From: Octopus vulgaris
Lineage: Eukaryota
Direction: 5' to 3'
DNA length: 64,000 nt
Assembly: GCA_951406725.2 (NCBI GenBank)
Contig: OX597815.1
Span: forward strand, 186,620,001-186,684,000
The position numbers were made by a program, and so were the translations under genes. Below the pieces are notes generated by a model, which saw only the letters and a program-made list of their open reading frames with translations, made no database searches and was not told where the DNA came from. Below are positions 54,003 through 64,000 of this stretch, one piece after another. The first letter of the stretch is position 1. Each line of letters opens with the position of its first letter.

Positions 54003-55521
54003 CTGAATAGAATAGTTGATACGAGAGCACTCACCCAAGCGTAATACTTGAGAATCTTTTCAAAACTTTAATCCATGATAGTAATATTAACAACTATTCA
54101 TACCATACAGTGAGAATACAAGCATTGTATCTTAAAAAATATTGGTCTGCAAAACTACTTTTTAACTGTGTTCATGATGAGATTAAACAAACTTTCTTCT
54201 TCGGTTTAACAACATGTTTTCTTTAAGTATTAATAGCTATTTACCACTTCATCTTTTTTCTATATAAATTTGTATTATTTTCATTTAATGTTCATTCGAA
54301 GCACGCATAGTAACATTAACAAACTCTAGAACTGGATGGAAAATATCAGTAACTACTTTTAGATGAGAGCTACTTGTAAAAAAATAAGCATTAATATGTA
54401 CTGACAAAGAAAAAAATCGAACAAAAAATTACTGTTAAATCATTCAATATAACAATAACGAGTGAAGTTAAAAAGACATGTTAGAATAAAAACAAAAATA
54501 GATTTTAAAAGACTGACACAAATCAAATATTTGTATAAATTAGATTATTCTAATATATTTTGTACATTCTTCTCACACAAACGAAAGCTGTTTCAAAGAA
54601 AAGGTGAATAATCATCGAATGCAACACAGTTGCCGTTCTTGATGTAATTGGTATTGATGCTATTGTCGCTCTTGTTGTTATCTTCGATGTTTTCGTTATC
54701 GTAATTTTGTGGTTATGTAACTGTAAGCATACTAAGCATGTGACTAACCGAAATAATTGAAACCTGTATTGCCCACTTTAACATACAACAATGTATTTTG
54801 TATGAAATGCAATGTAACAATCTCGACATGCTGAAGTCATACCTCTGACCAGTCGATTTCTGTATTCATGTCCTTGTCTAGATCCAGATTATCCCGGACG
54901 GAGTAAATGTATGATCAATGCATTCCTAACATCATCATCCTGTATTCTATTTCTCTAGCGTTACACTGGCCAATATATCCTTTTTAAAACGGTAGCGTGA
55001 AATTTGAAAAAAAAAATCGGCTCCTACACAGTGTTGGTGGCCACAACAGAAGCGAGAAAATTGAATTGGGTTATAGTGTCAAAAAGAAAATTCAATTGGG
55101 TTATAGTACAACAGTTACTGTTCCACTGCCTTTATGTAAAGATAGTACACAACCTGGTAGAACTAAGGAAGCTATTGAAACACTGTACCACTTTTTCTCA
55201 TTCTGAATTAACTATTATAACAATATGTTCCTATTCCTTTCTTTTTTTTTTATAATATTGTATGTCTTCATTTGCTGACACAAATAAAAACCTAGATTCT
55301 TATCATTCTGTATTGCCAAATCAGATATTGTTGCCTACTTACTATAAGATCAGTTCTACTCGGGCAGACGTTTGTTCAAAAGAACTCCAGCATTAACCAT
55401 CTTGACATTTGTCAGAACACTGTGAATCTAAAAGTACATTATTGCATATATCCTTTAAAAACCCTGTACAGTATGACTGAAGGGGATTTGGTTATAATTT
55501 CTTGCAACGGTAACAACTATG

Positions 55522-56586
55522 TATCTACCCTTAAAACGATTAAATGAAATTTAAAAACATATTATCAGGATATTAGTCATTGTCACGCATAGAAAAGGGA
55601 CTTGTATATAGAAGTATTTTAAGATTTCATAGAGCTCACCAGAAGTACATTTAAGACTCTGACTATGGATTTGTTAGAAACTGCAAAGCGAAGATAGCCT
55701 TTTGCCCTAATAGGGGTTTGCATATTTTAGCACAACTATTGCATCATCTCTTCTCGGTTAAATGCAGTGCAGAATCAAGAGTCACAATAATGACCATTGT
55801 GTACAGCTATGTCTCTATATACTACCAATGGAAAGGCAATGTTTGCTACGTGATTTACATATTTTCTCTTGGGTGATGATTACCGCTTATTTGCTTGTTA
55901 TGGTTGACATATCATTCAACGGTTAAGACTGTAAATAGCTGTTTCAATACCAAGAGTTGTACCACCTTAAGTATCTGATATCACATATCAAAAATATGTT
56001 CTATTTGATAAGTTTCTGTGTATTCCTTGGATGCACAAGCATTATTTGATATAGCCTTAATCTTTCCTTCATTAAACATATTACCATATTTGATGGCTTA
56101 AAAATTCCCCTGCGTCCAATACTCTCAATGTAGGCTCAAAACTCACTCAAACGATATGTATGGTTACAAAACGTGTGCTGCCATCTATTGGTGAACAATT
56201 GCCTTCGGTATGTTTATATCGAATGTGGATGCAATAAATTGCTTATAATTACTGGTAATAACAAAGCTATACAGGTACGTGGAGAAGTTAAAACATTATT
56301 TTAGTGGTAATTTATTTTACAAAAGTATAGCCTCGGCCAGTGTGCGCCCTATGCTCTCGTGCGTCTTATAGGTCATCAAATACGGTACATAGTAATACCC
56401 ACCACGTTACTAAGTTATTGTTAGTACTTCGACGGTATTTTGTATCTATCCTTATCTATCCTTAAAATAAGTAAATCAAATTTAAAAACATAATATCAGG
56501 ATATTAGTCATTGTTACGCATAGAAAAGGGACTTGTATATAGAAGTATTTTAAGATTTTATAGAGCTAACCAGAAGTACGTTTAAG
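55522..56586. repeat. ~135-bp direct repeats (55522-55656, 56453-56586) enclosing ~800 bp
   Basis: 'aaatttaaaaacata.tatcaggatattagtcattgt.acgcatagaaaaggg...agaagtac.tttaaga' occurs twice. Confidence 0.9.
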
Positions 56587-56949
56587 ATTGGGGAAAGACA
56601 TCACATTCACACTTTTTGGAATAAAAGCTAAATGCATTCTATCCAGTAAATGCGGTTGATTTCGAGCTGGATGGAAAGAAAAACCTTTGACATCTCAAAA
56701 AGAGCCGATACAAAGTTGTAACAGTAATCCTTGAGATAACAATTTCAAATTTGTTCCCCTAAATTCATATGAAATTATCATTCATCATGTCCATCTTTTT
56801 CGATCATTATTTTAATATGTTGGCACACGTCATTTAAATATACAGAAGTTAATTCTGAAGTGTGTAATGCAGGAAATAGCAGAAGGCTTTCATGCGTTCG
56901 GTGTCGAGAAAGATATTCGTCATTGACTAATAAAAATTTTACACTGCGG

Positions 56950-57007
56950 GAAACAGCATCGGTTGTCAAGTGATGTTGTGGGGACAAACACAGACACAGA
57001 AACATAT

Positions 57008-57074
<67 letters not shown>

Positions 57075-57243
57075 TACGATGGGCTTCTTTCAGTTTCCCT
57101 CTACCAAATCCACTCACAAGGATTTGGTCGGCCCGCGGCTATAGTAGAAGAAACTTGCGCCCAAGGTGCCACGCAGTGGGACTGAACCCGGAACCATGTG
57201 GTTGGTAAGCAAGCTACTAACCACACAGCCACGCCTACGCCTA
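56950..57243 (-). mobile_element. SINE family A, 3'-truncated
   Basis: Head and central body. Confidence 0.88.
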
Positions 57244-57344
57244 TTATATGTATATATCTATATCTATATGAGTATATATATATATACACACACACACACA
57301 TACATACATACATACATACATACATACATACATACATACATACA

Positions 57345-57375
<31 letters not shown>

Positions 57376-57497
57376 GAGGGCGCATGGGTTAGTGGTTAGG
57401 GCATTCGGTTCACGATCGTAAGGTCGTGAGTTCAACTCCCAGCGACGACTTGTGTGCTTGACCAAGACACTTTATTTCACGTATTGTTCAAGTCCAT
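57376..57497 (+). mobile_element. SINE family D head fragment
   Basis: 'gggcgcatgggttagtggttagggcattcggttcacgatcgtaaggtcgtgagttcaa'. Confidence 0.8.
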
Positions 57498-58317
57498 GTT
57501 TCGGTATAATACCTCCCACAGGAAGCATGGACTCCATCATGCTTACTGAAGTAATGGTGGAATAGTCACTAAGTAAAATATATGACAATGTCTATCACTT
57601 TTACGTAGAAGATATTAATGGTCAAGGAAACATTTACTCTTAGGCATTATGTCTAAATTAATTTTATTCGAAATATCGATGAATTATAATCCAAATTAAA
57701 TCAAGAACGACTAACTGCTATACTATCCCCTGATAACAATATGTAACTATGCAACCAAGAAGGGAACACTATGCCATGGTTATGCGAGCCAGAACCAGCC
57801 AAATGATCGATGAATCACAAAGTCACAACCAATGTTCTTCAATAATGTAAGATGTTTATTATAATTCAGTTAACTGATATACGTAATTTAGATGGTCACA
57901 ACTAGAACGACCTAGATTATGGGTCTTCTTGATCAGATTAAATTTATGATAATTAGCATATAGCAAGTTAGACATATTATAGACGCCATAATCATGAAAT
58001 AGTGCCAATAATATATATATGTATGTGCTCAAATTTAAACTTAACGAAATCTTGGGCTGATGACAGGAATGTTGATATAGGCATGTATTTCTAGCATCTC
58101 TATATCTAACTAACCCAGAAACGGCGTTCTCAAGTAATCGATGTACGAGTGATCTTTCGTTATTTTTCCCTCTATACCTACGTGAATTGTTCTTGAGTAT
58201 ACATTGTCTGGGAGACTTTTCTTATAGTAGAGGAAATAGCTAAATTCTTTGGTTGCTATTTCTAAAAGTTCGGTGAGTGGTAAAGTAAATTTTTGCTGAA
58301 CCCTACTTATATATATA

Positions 58318-58586
58318 GGCGACCAGAGCCTTGTGAGTGGATTTCGTAGACGGAATCTCACAGAAGCCAGTCGTCAAAATGTGACCTCGTGTGTACCGTT
58401 GGCGATTTTTTTTCCTCCGTCTTCCCTTCTCTGGATCTTTCCTTCTCCTATGTTTCCGACGAAGAGCTCCGCTCGAAACGTTAAACCCTCCTTCTTTCCT
58501 TCTTTCCTGAGCGTCCAAAAATACTATATTTGTTCCACGTCTTCGCGTTGTTGTGTTTTTTTGGGCTTTCTTGTTTGGATTAACTT

Positions 58587-58652
<66 letters not shown>

Positions 58653-58822
58653 TGTGTTTGTCCCTCGAAGCTGGTGTGTTTATATCCCCGTCAATCAGCG
58701 GTTCGGCAAAAGAGACCGATAGAATAAGTACTAGGCTTACAAAGAATAAGTCCCGGGGGCAAATTGCTCTACTAAAGGCTGTGCTCCAGCATGGCCACCG
58801 TAAAATGACTGAAACAAGTAAA

Positions 58823-58825
<3 letters not shown>
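58318..58825 (+). mobile_element. SINE family A with a PLE-derived element (58376-58588) nested in its internal microsatellite
   Basis: The A body stops at 'gaagccagtcgt' and resumes after (TA)(TG)n; the insert is homologous to 17085-17293. Confidence 0.85.
58452..58486 (+). ncRNA. Minimal hammerhead ribozyme, U4C variant
   Basis: GUUU-CCGACGA-A-GAGC UCC GCUC-GAA-ACGU-U-AAAC. Confidence 0.75.
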
Positions 58826-58867
<42 letters not shown>

Positions 58868-58892
58868 CATACATACATACATATATATATAT

Positions 58893-59218
58893 TCTTTTAT
58901 TCTTTTACTTGTTTCAATCATTTTACGGCGGCCATGCTGGAGCACCGCCTTAACAGGTTCTAGTCGAAGAAATTTTATTCTTTGTAAGCCTAGTACTTAT
59001 TCTCTCGAAGTCTTATGCCGAACTGCTAAGATACGGGGGACGTAAACACGCCAGCATCGGTTGTGAAGCGAAAGTGGGGTAATAAACAGACGCACACATA
59101 CATATATGTGTGTATATATGTATTTATGTGTGCGGCTGTGTTTACTCCCCCTTCATCGCTTGACAACCGATGGTGGCGTGTTTATATATATATATATATA
59201 TACATATACATACATACA

Positions 59219-59295
<77 letters not shown>

Positions 59296-59455
59296 GATGT
59301 GCTTCTTTCAGTTTCCGTGTACCATATCCACTCACAATGCTTTGCTCGGTCCTAGGTTATAGCAGAAGACACTTGCCCAAGATGCCACGTTGTAGGACTG
59401 AGCCCGGAACGATGTGGTTGAGAAGCAAGCTTATTACCACACAGCCACCCCTGTG
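58893..59455 (-). mobile_element. SINE family A (minus), fragmented by microsatellites and a short inverted A fragment
   Basis: Tail at 58893-59100, head at 59293-59455, and a plus-strand piece at ~59135-59183. Confidence 0.75.
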
Positions 59456-59496
59456 CATATATGTATGTGTGCGTGGGAGGTATATATATATATATG

Positions 59497-59550
<54 letters not shown>

Positions 59551-60335
59551 GATTTGCTATAGGAATAATTTATTTGTAGTGTATTATTGAGGTTAAAAGT
59601 CTATAGTTTATAAACGTCTGAAGTAATTACAAACAGTGTTACATAAAGACATGTAATAGAATCAGAACACATGCTTATGTATCATTTCCTTATTTTACAA
59701 GAAATTTCTCATTAATGTAAATTCATTGCAAAGTCAATTCTATAATCTATTTTTATACCAGACTGGTAAAAATAATGATTTCCCGAAGGTATCTTAATAA
59801 TTGATGATGTTCTTTTCCTTGTTACATGTGTCTCTCTTGACCTATTGCACAGGAGCAAACATTTATAACAAATACCGCTTATATTGATTAGAAAGTTGAG
59901 AATGTTTCTGCTACTCGTGTGATTTCTAACAGACTTTCTTAAATTCTATTTACAGTTTACTACACATTTCAATTAAATGATTATATTAATCAAACGCATC
60001 AAAATGTAATAAGTTTAAACAGTGAAATAGATTTCTTCAGCTATTGCAGTTGTGTGCATTACTATTTATCGAAGGAGACCACAGCTAGCTTCCTTACATT
60101 CCACCGTTTCAGCACATTAATATAGCGTTATTTCAATCTAAATGTCTTCAGTATATTCGGAACCGTGTGTTTATTATTTGTAATTTAATGAGTATGTTAA
60201 CAAGAAAAAAAATATTACACATTATATTTGTACATTTTAAGAAAGCTTACACTATAATGCTATATTCAGTATATAGACGCTGTAGAAACTTCATGCAAAT
60301 AAAACAAGCTCCAATTAGCTCTAGGGTTTATAAAC

Positions 60336-60710
<375 letters not shown>

Positions 60711-60906
60711 GAAATATGCTAAAAAATGTGACTGACCTGAGTGTTTTCCATTGAAGGTTGTGTATAGAGTTGGTATGTTTAAGTTTAGTAACGTGTGCAG
60801 AATATTCCAATATAAGTGGGAAATATGAGCTAATATGCGCAGAAGTGTACATTATATAACAGAAATGTAAAATGATTAACACAATTGATTATTAGCATAA
60901 AATATA

Positions 60907-61174
60907 ATAAATAAATAAATGCGCCATTTTTTTTTTAAAGCCTAGCCAGGCTCATGGGCCCGGTTTCCCGGTTTCCATGGCGTATATGTTCCCAGGCTGG
61001 ATGGGACACCAGTCCATCGCAGCGTTACTCATTTTTTGCCAGCTGAGTGAACTGGAGCAACGTGAAATGTAGTGTTTTGCTCAAGAACACAACGCGTCGC
61101 CCTGTCTAGGAATGGAAACAACAATCTCACGATCATGGTGCTGACACCCTAACCACTAACCCACGTGCCTCCAC
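60907..61174 (-). mobile_element. SINE with D-like head/CORE-like domain and V-like tail; TSD agcataaaatata
   Basis: 13-bp TSD at 60894-60906 and 61175-61187. Confidence 0.85.
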
Positions 61175-61743
61175 AGCATAAAATATATACATCAGAAATT
61201 TCTGAAGAGAAGATTATTAATGTTTGAAATATGTTTAGAACACATCTTAGGATTATTATATATAAAGAACTTCTCGTGCATTTTATGTATGATAAAACTA
61301 AATAATATTATGTGAAGTATTATTGCAAACTCTAGAATTTATAGTTCTAATATATCGTCGTTTTCTGCATGGGGAATTAGTCAAACTTTAATGTTTGTTT
61401 AAAATCTGTTAAACGTAAGTGTTTTAATTCTATCTATAAGCATTTTCTTCATATTATATATCAAACTTTGACTCTGTTCATATATATCCTTCATTGCAGA
61501 AAATTTGGAAAAACATGAGATTTATTTGTACAATTAAAAGTTCATTTGAACTTTCAATTATTAATATTGGTTTATAATGTGTCTACAGCTTCAGATTTCT
61601 GGTGAAGGATTGTTGATTAAATTGCACTTAATTCTCGATTGATATTTAAATTATATATTAACAAGTGTTGGATAAAAATATAGAAGTTAACCTCAACGGG
61701 GATCAAACTCAGAATATAAAGAAATTTTACTAAATGCCATAAT

Positions 61744-62158
61744 GCGCAGGAATGGCTGTGTGGTAAGTAGCTTGCTAACAAACCACATCGTTCCGGGTTC
61801 AGTCCCACTGCGTGGCATCTTGGGCAAGTGTCTTCTGCTATAGCCCCGGGCCGACCAATGCCTTGTGAGTGGATTTGGTAGACGGAAACTGAAAGAAGCC
61901 TGTCGTATATATGTATATATATATGTGTGTGTGTGTGTGTGTTTGTGTGTCTGTGTTTGTCCCCCTAGCATTGCTTGACAACCGATGCTGGTGTGTTTAC
62001 GTCCCCGTCACTTAGCGGTTCGGCAAAATAGACCGATAGAATAAGTACTGGGCTTACAAAGAATAAGTCCCGGGGTCGATTTGCTCGACTAAAGGCGGTG
62101 CTCCAGCATGGCCTCAGTCAAATGACTGAAACAAGTAAAAGAGTAAAAGAAAGAGTAA
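61744..62158 (+). mobile_element. SINE family A, full length
   Basis: Near-identical to 53185-53582. Confidence 0.93.
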
Positions 62159-62328
62159 TGCATTTTGTCCGCCACTCTTCTAACTCTGCCAACCATCGCT
62201 TCCTACAAATTTGGGGAAAGCAGTATACGGTTATTCATAATCTGTAGGTATTAACCTCTTAAATTATAACCCGTATACAAACGTATATTCAGAAATGGTT
62301 TTATTAGTAGAGAGTAAATGTTTTATAT

Positions 62329-62718
62329 ACTCTTTTACTCTTTTACTTGTTTTAGTCATTTGACAGTGGCCATGCTGGAGCACCGCCTTTAGTCGAGCAA
62401 ATTGACTCCAGGACTTATTCTTTGGAAGCCTAGTACTTATTCTATCGGTCTCTTTTGCCGAACCACTAAGTTACGGGGATGTAAACACACCAGCATCGGT
62501 TGTAAATCGATGTTGGGGGACAAACACACACATACATATATATATACATATATAACACGGGCTTCTTTCAGTTTCTGTTTTCCAAATCCACTCACAAGGC
62601 TTTGGTCGGCCCGAGGCTATAGTAGAAGACACCTGGCCAAGGTGCCACGCAGTGGGACTGAACTCGGAACCAAGTGATTGGTAAGCAAGCTACTTATCAC
62701 ACAGCCACTCCTACGCCT
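62329..62718 (-). mobile_element. SINE family A, full length
   Basis: Inverted relative to 61744-62158. Confidence 0.92.
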
Positions 62719-63662
62719 ATACGTGGAAAATGAGACTGGAAAACATGTATAAAATGAATTGTCATAAAACAGAATAAACAGGAGATTGTTATACATTTAC
62801 CAGTTTTAATAATGGCATATTTTAACCACAGAAAGCTTAAATTGAAATTGAATAATGGTGGCTTATTTTAAGTATTCAATGTGTACATAGAAAATATTCA
62901 ATGGCTGATAAAAATTGTATATATGTTATAGAATTGTAGATAAAACTTTTACACCAAGCTTAAAAAATATTGGAACTGAGTGACGTAAACACATTCCACT
63001 GTAAATGAACGTCTTTGTGAAATATAACTTATTCATTGTAAACAGCTTAGGATAAATAAAAATTGAATTTTTTAACGAAATCTGACACGTCAATAGTCTC
63101 ATATTCTACGACCAATGTTTATCTGGCTCTATATATTCCTCACCCATCCTTTCCTTCTTTGTAGGTCTTTCGATTCTCTTTTTTTCCCCTCTCATCCATT
63201 GTCTTTCTATCAATTTTACTCTAACTTTTCTCTCTCCCTCGCTAGCTCATTATTTATTTATCTATATTATATGGGTTTTTTTCAATCAGAACAGAGTTTC
63301 GGATAAAGCATATATCAAATACATCCAAATATATAAAATAATAGGAGTAATGTTGTTTAACAGCAGAAATGAAAGGATTGAGACGTGTTTGTGTTTCGGT
63401 TCTGTTTTTTTCTTCTTTATTCTATCAAACAAATGCAAAGACTTCTCACAAAAATCAATATGAACATATGGCAAATATTAAAATCAATGTCATTACCAAT
63501 GTAAAATCTCAGTCACATAAAAATGCTGGATGTATAATACTTGTTTTGATTGGCTTTTTGGAGGTTTTGTTGTTTGTTTTCTGTTGTGTCCTTTTTTTTT
63601 TTTTTTGCTCTTATTCTTAAGAAAAAAATTGATACTGCAGAAAAATTACTCTGTTGCTATAG

Positions 63663-63881
63663 AAACCGAGAGGGTGATAGACTGTTTCTTACGAATAGTA
63701 ATATCCTTCATAAAATAACAGCGAAAAATTTATTTTACCAATCGGCATCGATGTTTAATGCGATGCTCGACTCTGTACATAACAGGACGATGTTGACTTA
63801 TGTTCCCTGGGAAATGACACCAGCATCAGAAAAAAGTTACTATGATGTTTTTGACATCCATAGTATGGAGATAACGAATGG
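63663..63881 (+). CDS. Candidate internal exon (219 nt, phase 2-2), unknown product
   Basis: ctctgttgctatag| acceptor, open frame NREGDRLFL...PWEMTPASEKSYYDVFDIHSMEITN(G), and G|GTAAAC donor; non-repetitive sequence. Confidence 0.25.
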
Positions 63882-64000
63882 GTAAACAAAAATAAAGCCA
63901 TCATTGGAGAGACAAAAAAATATCAACATTAATTACGAAATTGCAGTCTATAACAGAGAAGACGGACATTTGTTTAAATTAAAACCACATTTATGTTGTA

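Overview
This is AT-rich, microsatellite-dense eukaryotic DNA, intergenic or intronic, with no confidently callable host gene. The repeat content (tRNA-headed SINEs, some with CORE-like domains, in long (TA)n/(CA)n/(TACA)n tracts) suggests an octopod cephalopod such as Octopus; that is an inference. Most ORFs in the track are microsatellite or SINE translations. Supported features: about 30 SINE copies of four head/body types with swapped 3' modules; several dead mariner transposases and MITEs; a piggyBac-type MITE; non-autonomous Helitrons and a decayed Helitron helicase; a MULE remnant; a mini-LTR family; and a 5'-truncated Penelope-like element (PLE) with an intact GIY-YIG domain at 39039-40965. 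The main signal is at least 11 minimal type-I hammerhead ribozyme folds carried by short elements embedded in (TA)n tracts. Several have non-canonical cores (U4C, A6U, and a compensatory G3-C8 swap), and they occur as solo, inverted or tandem (retrozyme-like) units. All coordinates and folds were read by eye and are approximate at repeat edges.
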